Source of the DNA: Octopus sinensis
Taxonomy: Eukaryota
DNA: 64,000 nt
Assembly (NCBI RefSeq): GCF_006345805.1
Contig: NC_042997.1
Coordinates: forward strand, 197,842,001 to 197,906,000
Direction: 5' to 3'
The translations under genes and the position numbers were made by a program. Shown here piece by piece: positions 52,172-64,000 of the stretch. Under the pieces are notes generated by a model. It did no database searches, was not told where the DNA came from, and was given only the letters and a program-made list of their open reading frames with translations. The number at the start of each line of letters is the position of its first letter. The stretch's first letter is position 1.

Positions 52172-52231
52172 GTGTGTGTGTGTGTGGTGTGGTGGTGTGT
52201 GTGTGTGTGGTGTGTGGGTGTGTGTGTGTGT

Positions 52232-52264
<33 letters not shown>

Positions 52265-52906
52265 ATGCATGTATTTCCACCCTGGAGGCATGGAAGACAA
52301 ACTTGACCCGCAGTTATTTGAACTCAGTACAGAAATAGCCGAGAGAAATACTGTATGAAAAGTTTTCCGATACTTTGACGATTTTGCTAATCCACCAACC
52401 TATGAGCAAAAAATAATAATTATAAGACCAGCGGTGCAATGGTAGATTCACTATACATATTAAAAACTAAGCACTGTTGTATTATAATATCACACACACA
52501 CACGCATACGCATGTGGCTGTCTGGCGTGGTATAAAAAGTGAGACGGTGGGAATATCATGACTTAAGCACATATAGAATTGTAAAAACGTTAAAGGATTT
52601 TGTGGAATTTAGTCACGTTCGAATAAAGTACAGAAAAATCTATGATGGAAATAGCGAAACCTCTTTTGTTTTGTAATGTAAGTTATTCTTTTCTTTGTGT
52701 ATAAATATGGTTAGAATAATATGTAAAGAAAGAGGGGCAACACATATAGCGTACCGTATCCATTATAAATGAACTAAGATTTTATACATATATATCTATA
52801 TAATTTAATGTACACTGTGTAAAGTTAAGGCTAATTTTTTTGTTGATCTTACTTTAGCGTATTGATATATATATATATGTACATACACGTGTATGTATAT
52901 ATATTT

Positions 52907-52944
<38 letters not shown>

Positions 52945-53042
52945 AAATATATGTATGTATATATATATGTGCATATATGTATGTATGTGTGTATAAATAT
53001 ATGTATGTATATATATATGTGCATATATGTATATATGTATGT

Positions 53043-53078
<36 letters not shown>

Positions 53079-53208
53079 GTGTATGTATATGTGTGTATAT
53101 GTATGTATATATGTATGTATCGTGGTGTGTATAATATGTATATATATGCACATATGTATATATATATGTACTTATATACGTATGTATATTTATACATACA
53201 TACATAAT

Positions 53209-53266
<58 letters not shown>

Positions 53267-53960
53267 ATGCATACATATATATACATATATATATCATATC
53301 ATGTTAGTCTGATAGTTTTCAAACTGTTGAAACAATTACAAATCAACTATTAAATTCAAAAGAGGTTACAAAATTATATTTCACGTGTGTCACTTTCTTT
53401 TATTCGTAACATTTGTCCTGAGCAAATAGAAACAACGATTGAATGTAATTTGATAGCAAATTGCTACGTACAACAAAAGTTTGTTTTAAACAGTTTTCAT
53501 GTTTTATGTTTACGATATGTAATAAAAGTCATTTTGCTTAAAGTGTCTGGTTGAAATCTCTATAATATATCGATTTAAATTCTACACTTCTCTTTGCAAC
53601 AATTTCTTTCCTATTTTGTACGTAATTTTTGGCTACAGTTTATCAGAGAATACGTATTTAGTGTTTGGTTTCGTTTTTAATTCTTCCATTTATCAGATAA
53701 ACACCGTCAGGGAAATGATTCTAGAGATCTGTTGAGATGATAAGTTCGAAAATGCTGAATTAGTCGGATGTTTACAAATAACGAGTTCTACATAAGCCGA
53801 ATTAAAAAAACAAAATAGCATTTAACATTATATTGCTAGTGTTATCTGGTAAGTTCATGGATTGAACCAATAACATCATAGGAAGCTTTTAGAATGATTT
53901 CCAGTTAATTATTCTCTGTATATTCCTTTCAAGTAAATTATATTTTCCATTTATTACATA

Positions 53961-54349
53961 CTAGCAGTATCGCCCGGCGTTGCTCGGGTTTGTTTCGACC
54001 CTTTAGAATTGGAATTTTTGAAAAGTAACAATTTTGCTTTATGTAACTTATTATTCTCGTTAAGTGAACATTTTTCTGGTTGAAATGCACCGAAAAATAG
54101 CGACACAGCAGTAAAAAAACTCGTAAAAGGTAGGGATTTTCATAGAAAAAAAGCACCTTTTTGATGTATTAATTTTTGGTGTTAACATGGTCCGATTTGA
54201 ATTTTTCTTCTACGGAATAAGGAGCAAGCCTTCTTCTACCATACTGTCAATTTTGGTCAACTTGCGCCGCAGGGTCTCGGAGGAGAGAGTGTTAGTTGAA
54301 GGCTAACAAACCTGCCACACACATACAACTTCAGCTGTATATATATAGA
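53961..54349 (-). mobile_element. Non-autonomous Helitron H2
   Basis: TC start and CTAG end; homologous to 13906-14302. Confidence 0.85.
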
Positions 54350-54697
54350 TTAACGAGTATGGCGGTGACTAGGTAGAATCGTTTGAGCAGCGAGAGAATG
54401 TCTTATGGTTCTTTTTTACGGTCATCTACATTCTGAGTTCAAAATATACCGAGGTTAACTTTTCTTTTCTTCCTTCTTGGTCGATATTATTAAAATTTTG
54501 TAATTAATTTATAATTATAATTGAGGGCACACGAGGGTTCTGGCACTGCTAGCATTTCAACGCTTATCAAGCACAATAGAACAAGTAAAGTTTTTAATCC
54601 TAGGAATGTAGTGAGACCTGTTGATTAGAATAAGGGAAGTTATCTTTCAAAATTCGAAATCAATTGATCCAGGTATATCCATCGCCCCATTCTGCAG

Positions 54698-54712
54698 CTT
54701 TATGCTGAGAAG
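54698..54712 (+). CDS. Candidate 15-nt microexon (LYAEK)
   Basis: ccccattctgCAG / CTTTATGCTGAGAAG / GTAAGT; splice sites only. Confidence 0.2.
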
Positions 54713-55670
54713 GTAAGTTAATTTCTTTGGTTGTTGCCCGATTTGTGCTGACATGGTAGTTAAATTATTTGCTTATTGCTCGATTTCTGTTGTACCTTTT
54801 GTATTTCCAGTGAAATGGTGGTTTATTAAAGGATTTTCCGACACTGACTTTTCTAGCAATGCAAGCATCTCGTGTACCCTGAATTATAATTATAATTATA
54901 AAATTTTGGAGTTGTCATTTTATCGGCTTTCTGCTTGCTGGCCGCTTATATCATTATTGTTATTATATATTTTACTGATAATAATTAATAATAATATCTA
55001 TATAAATATTCTTTGAACATATATTCGTTTATGAAATATATATATAAGACGGGTTTCTTCTATTTTCCATCTATCAAATCCACTGAGAAGGCTCTGATCA
55101 GTCCGAGGCTGTATTAGAAGATGCTTTAGGCACCACGCTGTGGGATTGAACACAGAACAATATGGTTGAGAAACAGACATCTTGCCACACAGCTACGCCT
55201 ACACTTTTTATGCATCTTCTTTCTCGTTCCTAGATTTCAAAGTCAAAATCCTAAAGCCGCCAAGTATTATCAAGAAATGATTATCTCCCTTGCAGGAAAC
55301 ATTCCAAATTTGAAATAATTTTTATGTAGCACATTTTTACTTATTTATTCTGTCCAGATTTCAAATCTCACTGAGATATATTTTTCCTTTCATCTTTTAA
55401 ATTAAATAGCATTCAAATGCTGGGATTGAATGAATCTACGTTGCCCCGCAAAAGGGGTTAATGTACTTATTAAAAAAGAAGAAGAAAGCAATACCGTCCA
55501 GTTGATAACGAAACTTTTAAGAAAGAATTGTCCCAAATGCATAGTGTCTGGGTTATATAGTGTCTGATTGCGTTATATTCTTGGCATATTACAACTCTTG
55601 TATATCAGAAACATGTCTTGTCTTTTTTAAATCGTTCTCTCAGAGGATTAAGGGTCCATCACGCTTTCAG

Positions 55671-55751
55671 GACCTCTGAAGCTTGTGGAAGACGTGAAAA
55701 AATATGGCTTTGAACAGGGGAACTCTGTTAAAGACATCAATGTATCGGCGG
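55671..55751 (+). CDS. Candidate 81-nt symmetric exon (PLKLVEDVKKYGFEQGNSVKDINVSA)
   Basis: ctttCAG acceptor, GTAAGG donor, open phase 1-1 frame; no recognisable homology. Confidence 0.25.
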
Positions 55752-56539
55752 GTAAGGGAGGGGAATTTATTGAACGAGCGACAAAGTAAATCTTCTCACC
55801 AGTAAAGAAAACATATTAGAAGTAAAATTTTCCAAAAAATGTTACATTAGGAAAGAAAAAAACAAAACAAAATCAAAATAAAAACAAACAAAAACAACGA
55901 AGTAATAAATATGTATATTTAAGGATATTGGATAATTTCTATGGCTGTATTTATATGAGAAATCATCAAGAATGGAAGCCGTAAACCAGATTTATTACTG
56001 CAGGTATTCGTTGAAAATGTAGTCAATAGAGATGAATTACTAATGATGCATTAAATATAGAATGTTCTGGCACAGTTTATCTATAAATGAATTATTTATT
56101 CAGACAAAAACTAAGCAAGTTATTCACAGAATTCATAATATTCCAAACACATTCACTTCCACAAGCATACACACATACACTTGCACAGACATACACGCCA
56201 TGCCCATAGATGGCCATATCTTATTTCAAATTGTCTCGTACAACTTTACAAGGACATCACAATCCATCAACACGTGGCCTCTGATTATTCTGTCTCTTTC
56301 GCTATACGCTACAACCGTAACTCCATCCCCTCAATGCGTTAACCATACACGACAGAACAATTCTGTTTCATAGGTGCGACCGTGACTGTGTAGTTTAACA
56401 ATTCACTTTGCAACCACGTGATTTCATTCCCCCAGCGCGTTCCCACTCTTCTTTTATGACACTAAGCCGACAACTGCTTTATACATGAATTTAGTAGACA
56501 GAAATTGTGTGGAAGCGCGCCGTGTATATATATATATAT

Positions 56540-56925
56540 ATATATATAAAAGTGAGGTTGTGTGTCTGTCTCCTACGATTTAGATTCCTAACTACTCCCA
56601 CATTTTGCGGTGCAGTTTAACCAAAACCGGGTATCTTATAGTCGTGATTCATATCGAGCCCTTCTGGGTATTAGCGCACGTCTACGATGAGTCTACGATT
56701 TAAAAAAAAATTACCATCATTTTTTTCCATTTTAATGCATTTTTTCGCTATTATATAAGGGAAGTAACTCTCTAAAAATGTCTATGAAGAGTCAACGATT
56801 TAAAAAAAAAATTACCATAATTTTTTTTCCATTTTTAATGCATTTCTTTGCTATTTCTTGGCTATAACTCTCTAAAAATGCTTTATAGTTATTTCCCTTA
56901 CAAACCCGAGCAACACCGGGCGATA
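56540..56925 (+). mobile_element. Helitron H1 copy lacking the terminal CTAG, inserted in the TA tract of a diverged SINE A (56372-56525)
   Basis: Homologous to 19840-20237. Confidence 0.85.
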
Positions 56926-56977
<52 letters not shown>

Positions 56978-56980
<3 letters not shown>

Positions 56981-57263
56981 CCGCGACCGACCAGGTTACA
57001 CATCTCTGGTCACAATGCTTCGCATTGTTTTAGTCTTCAAATGCCGCCACCCCGCTGGCTAAGCGAGCAGGCCATCAGAAGAAAGAGTGGGAGAAAGTTG
57101 TGGCGAAAGAGTACAGCAGGGATCGCCACCACCCGCTGCCGGAGTCTAGTGGAGCTTTAGGTGTTTTCGCTCAATAAACACTCAATAAACAATGCCCGGT
57201 CTGGGAATCCGCGATCCTACGACCGCGAGTCCGTTGCCCTAACCACTGGTCCATTGCGCCTCT
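56978..57263 (-). mobile_element. SINE family B head with tail type 3
   Basis: Same head, unrelated 3' sequence (accgcgaccgaccagg...gctaagcgagcaggcc on + strand). Confidence 0.8.
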
Positions 57264-57435
57264 TTCTCTCTCTCTCTCTGTATATATATATTATAGTTAA
57301 GGGTATCTAATTTTGATAATAATTATTACCCAAGAGGTTTTTATTTCCATGCTAGCCACTTGATATGATCGGTAATTAAAAAAAAAACGATCTTATCCTT
57401 ATTTATATAAATTTATATATATATACATATATAAA

Positions 57436-58312
57436 CGGGGTGCGATGGGTAGATTGTCGCCATTTTATATTTATAATTTCGCGCATCCGGATTGTATGCT
57501 TTTAATTTTGTCGACTACACAGTATAGTAGGGTCAGTTGGGCACCGTATGTGAGAAAAACATCATGACACAATTCACTCTGCCAGAAATTTAGAAACGAC
57601 ATGCTGTACTGCTTGGTATTCGCGCCGGAAGTTCCAACACGAACATTTCCGAGTATTTGGGTGTCAATCTGAGTGTTTGCCGTGTCCCCGAAAACATGTA
57701 CCGAGAGTGATTAAAATCAAACATCCAGTCAACACGATGGTGTTTGAAGTGATCACTAGTGATCGCGATGTTATGTCTCTATTCATCTTCCCACACGTCG
57801 TCAAACTCAACACGGAAGCCTACATCAAGTTCCTGGAGAAGGTAGTGCTGCCCTGGGTCAAGAGGGTGACTGCTGGAAACCCTATGTCTGGCAACAGGAC
57901 TGTGCGCCATGCCACATAAGCAGGAGAACCCAGTCATGGTTGACAGACAATTTCTGCCACCACATCACTCCTAACATCTGGCCATCTAACTCCAAGACTG
58001 CAACCCCGTGATTATTTTGTGTGGGGCGCAGTTGAGTGAGAGACCTACAAAACTCCTTGTAACACCAAAGATGAACTGAAGGCAAGGATTATGGCAGCAT
58101 TCACCAACTTAAACAAGGAGACCGTCCAGAAGAGTTGCAGGAGATTCCGAAATAGTCCGGAGGCCGTGGTTGAAGCCAATGGCAATTTTATTGAATAAAT
58201 TTACTCTTTAGTATTTCAAGACATTTTTGCGTAAATTTAGAAAATATATCTCATAAAATGAGATGTCAGTGATGTTTTTCTTTTTGCGTAGTTTAAACAA
58301 TTTATTCACCCA
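57436..58312 (+). mobile_element. Internally deleted Tc1/mariner DD37D (maT) transposon; transposase pseudogene about 57564-58198
   Basis: YVWQQD-CAPCH...WPSNS(P)DCNP.DYFVWG gives 37 residues between the second and third D once a frameshift is corrected; ends EANGNFIE*. Confidence 0.85.
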
Positions 58313-58529
58313 CATATATCTTAATATAATATGAAACTTTATAGTATATTGATTTGAATATCTCTGAATACACTGATGTCTATACGTCAATTTCTCCATT
58401 TACTTCTTTTACTCATTCATAAATATTTTAAATACCAAAGTATTTAGCTTTCACTAAACACTGGTGTAAACCGGAGAATTAAGGTACAAACATCCCTTAA
58501 AGGATTTTAGGCTCTTGGCATGACCTTAT

Positions 58530-58573
<44 letters not shown>

Positions 58574-58583
58574 GTTATATATA

Positions 58584-58920
58584 AAGGCGCAGGAGTAGGT
58601 ATGTGGTAAGTAGCTTGCTTACCAACCACATGGTTCCGGGTTCAGACCTTGGGCAAGTGTCTTCTACTATAGCCTTGGGCTGGCAAAAGCCTTGTGAGTG
58701 GATTTGGTAGACGGAAACTGAGAGAAGCCCGTCGTATATATATATATATATGTGTGTGTGTGTTTTCGTGTCTGTGTTTGTTCCCCCAACATCGCGGTTC
58801 GGCAAAAGAGAACGATCGAATAAGTACTAGGCTTACAAAGAATAAGTAGTAGGAATTGCTCGACTAAAAACGGTGCTCCAACATGGCCGCAGTCAAATGA
58901 CTGACACAAATAAAAGAAAA

Positions 58921-58966
<46 letters not shown>

Positions 58967-59210
58967 GTATGTACGTATGTGCGTGTATGATTTTGTATTT
59001 GTCCTCTAGTACCGCTTGACTACTAGTATTGGTTTGCTTACATTCCTGTAAGCGAGGGATTTGGCAAAATGACCTAACAGAATAAGTAACAAACCTGAAA
59101 GTAATAAGCACTAGGGATCGATCTGTTTGACCAAAACGCTTCAAGGTTGTGCTCCAGCATGGTCGCAGTCCAAATGACTGAAACAAGTTAAAAAGAGAAG
59201 GTAAAAGAGA
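58584..59210 (+). mobile_element. SINE family A (58584-58920) plus a diverged 3' half (58990-59210)
   Basis: Family A sequence. Confidence 0.8.
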
Positions 59211-59245
59211 TCTTTACACGTCATTTGGAAATATTTCTGTCAGTT

Positions 59246-59655
59246 TAAGGTGGCGTGTTGGCAGAAACATTAGCACGCCGGGCGAAATGCTTAGCGGTAT
59301 TTGGTCTAACGCTCCGTTCTGAGTTCTAATTTCGCTGAGGTCAACTTTGCCTTTCATCCTTTCGGAAGGGGGGGGGTCGATAAATTAAGTATCAGTTACG
59401 CACTGGGGTCAATCGAATCGACTTAATCCCTTTGTCTGTCCTTGTTTGTCCCCTCTATATTTAACCCCCTGCGGATAATAAAGAAATAAGAAACGTTAGC
59501 ATACCGGGCGAAATATCTAGCGGTATTTCGCTTATCTTTACCTTCTGAGTTCAGATCCCTTTCGGGGTCGATTAAATTAAGTACCAGTTGCGTACCGGGG
59601 TCGATGTAATCGACTGGCCTCTCCCCTAAAATTTCAGACCTAGAATAGAAAAGAA
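59246..59655 (+). mobile_element. SINE family C dimer: first unit with the Tx1-like tail, second with the alternative tail
   Basis: tttgtcccctctatatttaaccccctgcggataataaagaaa at about 59445-59486. Confidence 0.8.
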
Positions 59656-59851
59656 TATGTCTAGATATTTGCTTTACCTCATCACACATTTGTTACTCTT
59701 GTTCATTGTGTGGTGAAGGATGTTCACCGTAAGATTAATTTGTACATAACATCTATGCCAAAAGGACATTTTAAGTAGCTGGCTCTTTGACTAACAATTT
59801 ACTAATACACACACACACACATACACACACACACACACACACATACACACA

Positions 59852-59883
<32 letters not shown>

Positions 59884-60407
59884 TTCAAGTTAAACTCCAC
59901 CTGAACTAGACGATATTTGTAAGTCTTAGTCATTTATTCCCGGTGCGACTAAAACCATTAAGGCTACTGTACATTACTCTCAATAAATCTAATTTTCTTA
60001 CACATTAAATGAAAAGAAGTTGACAACATGAAAAATGAAATCGAGTTAAGAGAGCCATAGAAAATAAATTCTTGAGGTGTTATTGTTCGTCTGGCATCAA
60101 AGTATCATATAACCCCTTAAGACTATTTTGGAATAATTTAAGTCTCGTGTTGCTTCTCACTCAGATGCTACAGATTTATACTTCAGAGTCTTCTCTTAAT
60201 ATCAAACTACATCTTACATTATTGCTGTTATAGAACCGCATTAGACTGCTCTTGTCGTTATCTATTGGTTCCATTTTTGTTTTATCTCGATGATATTTCA
60301 GTTCATACTTTACTCGCCCTTACCTTCGTTCTGAAATGTCCTGGTATTATTTCTCTGGCTGGACTTCTTTCGAGGTAGAGAAACTACTCCAGTTATGAAC
60401 AGTCGTT

Positions 60408-60795
60408 GGGAATGGAAGCACTCCGTCGGTTACGACGATGAGGGTTCCGGTTGATCCGAGTCAACGGAACAGCCTGCTCGTGAAATTAACGTGTAAGTGG
60501 CTGAGCACTCCACAGACACGTGCACCCTTGACGTAGTTCTCGGGGATATTCAGCGTGACACAGAGAGTGACAAGGCTGGCCCCTTGAAATACAGGTACAA
60601 CAGAAACAGGAAGTAAGAATGAGAGAAAGTTGTGGTGAAAGAGTACAGCAGGGATCACCACCATCCCCTGCCGGAGCCTCGTGGAGCTTTAGGTGTTTTC
60701 GCTCAATAAACACTCACAACGCCCGGTCTGGGAATCGAAACCGCGATCCTACGACCGCGAGTCCGCTGCCCTAACCACTGGGCCATTGCGCCTCC
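60408..60795 (-). mobile_element. SINE family B, full length, young
   Basis: TSD TATGAACAGTCGTT at 60394-60407 and 60796-60809. Confidence 0.95.
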
Positions 60796-61095
60796 TATGA
60801 ACAGTCGTTAGCTGTCTACAAACACATTGGGATACCTGGAACCTATATTAACAGCAGCTGGGGCTGCTGTTAAATACATAAAAACTCGAGACTACACACA
60901 CACACACACACACACACAAACAAACAAACAAACAAAAAAACAAACAACAAAAACATGTGGTTAAAGTTTTGCGACCACATAATTACAGAGTTAAGTCCCA
61001 CTGCAGAGGCCCTTGGGTGTCTTCTAATATAGCCTAAGCCCGACCAATGCCTTGTGCATGAATTTGGTTGATGGAAACTGCGTGGAAGACCGTCG

Positions 61096-61149
<54 letters not shown>

Positions 61150-61494
61150 GTGTGTGTATGATGGCGCCCCTATAAAAAATGAAAGTAGTAACTATACTAT
61201 ACCACCTTTTTAACAAGTTACATCAGTTATTACAAGATCAGTGACTTCCTTTATATTGCGAGCTGGAGAGAACTGCTGCTATCTCTAGTAGACGGCACTG
61301 AGGATGTGCATAAATAACTGTCTGGTGGTCTCACCGTTTCGCTAGAAGGAGGGGATCTGCTCCTTGCTTGCAAGATATATCAGGAGCAGATTGCATCGAG
61401 AACCAGCTGGAGGACGTCTTTCTCGGGTTAAAAACGGTTAAAAAAATGTTGAAGTAGCGATAAACATTACTGTTATATATATATATATACATAG

Positions 61495-61538
61495 GGTGAG
61501 AGAGAGAGTGTGAGAGAGAGAGAGAGAAAGAGAGAGAG

Positions 61539-61636
<98 letters not shown>
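61495..61636. repeat. (GA)n microsatellite followed by a SINE A fragment (61637-61765)
   Basis: Direct reading. Confidence 0.9.
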
Positions 61637-61637
<1 letters not shown>

Positions 61638-62225
61638 AGGGGTGGCTGCGTGGTAATAAGCTTGCTTCCACACCAAATGGTTCCGGGTTAAGTTCCACTT
61701 CTACTATATCCTAGGGCCGATCAAAGCCTTGTTAGAGTCAACGGAAAGTGAAAGAAGCCCGTCATATATATATATAGAATAATGGTACAGTAAAGCACCA
61801 ATGTTTACTGGAAATAGCAGTCAATAAATTTACGACGCTATAGTAAAGATTCACTGTATATATACTGGCAAAGATGTGTGCGGGGAGCGAACGTAGAAGT
61901 TTCGACTTTCCGCTAGGAAGAACATTAGATGAATGGACAACCCAAAATCAGATAATCTAGTACCTCGGTTTCGGACTCTTCAAATATGTTAGTTATCGTA
62001 AATTTGATTAGTTTTATTCAGCTAGATTTACCTGGACATTATTTCAAATGTTGCGACATCAGCACCAGTATACTCACCTGAACGCGTAGCCGTTAACAGG
62101 ACCGAGAACAGTGTAAAACCTTTCAACGAAAAAATTAAATATTGCAATGCAAATGTATTGCTCTCCGTTATCCAAACTGTGTTCTTTTTGCTTGTTTGTA
62201 CGCATCAGTATATATATATATATAT

Positions 62226-62259
<34 letters not shown>

Positions 62260-62272
62260 ATATATATATATC

Positions 62273-62864
62273 TCAGCTGAATAGCCCGTCGTTGCGGGGC
62301 GATTTTTATAATAAAATGTCTTATATAAGTTTTTGTTTATTCCATGTCAGACCATGCTTTCCCGACAGATAGACCTCTTGATAAGGACAGATTTGTGCAA
62401 TCTTTCGCAGAAAACTTCATTGAGGAATTTTTTTCCTTTTTAAATAATTTGCGTGCGTGTTCGACCGTTTCACATGACTTTATTTATTAAAACTTTTTAA
62501 AACTTCAGAAGTTCTGGCAACTTTGGTCGTAGCAATGCTTTGCTTTCATTTGTTTAATAAAAATTCCTCCTCCTAATGAGTTTGCTTTCATTGTGTGACA
62601 GACAGATATCATTCAGAAAATGCCAGCTTCCAAATCCTGTTTTCTGATGAGGTAAAAATTATTAAACTTTAAAATTCAGTAACATATTTCTGCAATTTAT
62701 CTGGAACAAATAGATAACAAAATAGGATTTTACGTGGAAGATACCAAATCTCACAACCTGTGACAGCAACAGGAAAGACCGTACAAAAATAAAGAGGCAG
62801 ACAGTTATAGGACATCACACACACACACACACACAATCACGAGTTTAAAATGGTGTATAGTAGA
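62273..62864 (-). mobile_element. Old non-autonomous Helitron (third family)
   Basis: Minus strand starts TCTACTATAC; 3' hairpin cccgcaacgacggg close to a degenerate CTAG. Confidence 0.5.
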
Positions 62865-63142
62865 CATATGTATGCATGTAGGTCTACATGTATGTGTGTA
62901 TGTCTGTGTGCGAGTGTTTCCTGCGATGGACAGCAGAAAAGCCACCTACCCCTCTCTCCTTAAAGCTACGTATTTCTCACACCCACCTTTTCCCCCTTTC
63001 TGGGTATTTTAAAAGTTACTTATGTGCATTTGTGTGTGTGCATACCCAATGAAGGGATATAAATATCCTAGAAACAGATGTAAGACCTATTTATAAATGT
63101 TCTAAAATCTACACAGCCTTGCTTTTTTTATCTCATTACGAA

Positions 63143-63221
<79 letters not shown>

Positions 63222-63327
63222 TATGTGTGTGTGTATACATACGTACATTGCATTATGTCAAACAGATGAGGAGCGCTCAATACATGATGTGTACACACAC
63301 ACATATATATTTATGTATATATATATA

Positions 63328-63358
<31 letters not shown>

Positions 63359-64000
63359 CATAGGTACATTGCTCTATGTCAAACAAATGAAAGAGGAGTG
63401 CTCAATACATGATGTGTGTGTGTGTCTGTGTTATTCAGTTATTTCTTATACTACTTTTAAAACATTCATGTAATATCGGTTAAAATATAATTGAATGTTT
63501 ACGTTATACAGCTGGTTTGTAATCATAATTATCAAATTACATGAAATAAATAATATGAAGTGGAATTCATTTGAAGAAATGATTTTATAGAAACAGCGTG
63601 TCTGCAGCAGACACAATCACAAATAGTTTGGCAGAAAAAGAAAACCAGCCAGACCCGACCAGGCCAGAGCAGACTTAAGTCTACCAGAGCAAATAGTTGA
63701 GTTCTATGTTTGCAATAATCTATAACGATATGAACGTATCAGCCACTGAAACAATGTTCATTAGAAAAATAATAAAAAAAATATAGCAAGGTAACAAATG
63801 TTGATTACATTAGTGTTTTTGAAAGGATTAAAACCTCAAATGAGGATCTTAAGTTCTGGACTACAAGATGTGTCCCAGTATGCTAAATAATGGACCTGCA
63901 GCTGGAAGGTTTCTCTTCCAAAGCGCAGGCTTCGGAAATTGTTGTATTATGGAAGGTCAAAAGTTACTCATGAATGCAAGTTTTTTCTCTTATTCTCTAC

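Noticed and set aside
54698-54715. LYAEKV identity to ribosomal protein S3
   Set aside because: Only 6 residues, and no other RPS3 exon is recognisable in the window.
60848-60873. 11-bp perfect hairpin TTAACAGCAGC/GCTGCTGTTAA
   Set aside because: Too short to interpret; terminator logic does not apply to this eukaryotic DNA.
62644-62670. CTGATGAG hammerhead core (also CTGATGA near 26076 and CTAATGAG near 29660)
   Set aside because: No helix II followed by GAAA.
63243-63418. Direct duplication of about 50 bp separated by a TA tract
   Set aside because: Ordinary microsatellite-mediated local duplication.

Overview
This is AT-rich, microsatellite-dense eukaryotic DNA. Its SINE families look like those of a coleoid cephalopod, probably Octopus (inference from repeat content). 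There is a 100-N assembly gap at 12865-12964. No intact protein-coding gene can be shown, and most ORF-track entries are translations of microsatellites or SINEs. The window holds three tRNA-derived SINE families (working names A, B, C) and degraded non-LTR retrotransposons: R4/Dong-like, HERO/NeSL-like, Tx1/L1-like, CR1-group, RTE and Penelope-like. It also has non-autonomous Helitrons, hAT-type and 8-bp-TSD MITEs, an internally deleted DD37D (maT) Tc1/mariner element, and an intronless FBXL4 pseudogene fused to a Dong-like LINE. The most interesting signals are: (1) several minimal type-I hammerhead ribozyme motifs, including a 286-bp palindromic double-hammerhead insertion with a 14-bp target-site duplication (TSD); (2) a SINE whose 3' tail matches the 3' end of the Tx1/L1-like LINE in this window; (3) the LINE/FBXL4 template-switch chimera; (4) near-perfect inverted repeats that could form long dsRNA; (5) a stack of (AAT)n-associated retroelements; (6) weak hints of a + strand host gene starting near 35.86 kb. 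All family assignments come from motif recognition by eye, no database search was run, and boundaries are approximate unless a TSD is cited.
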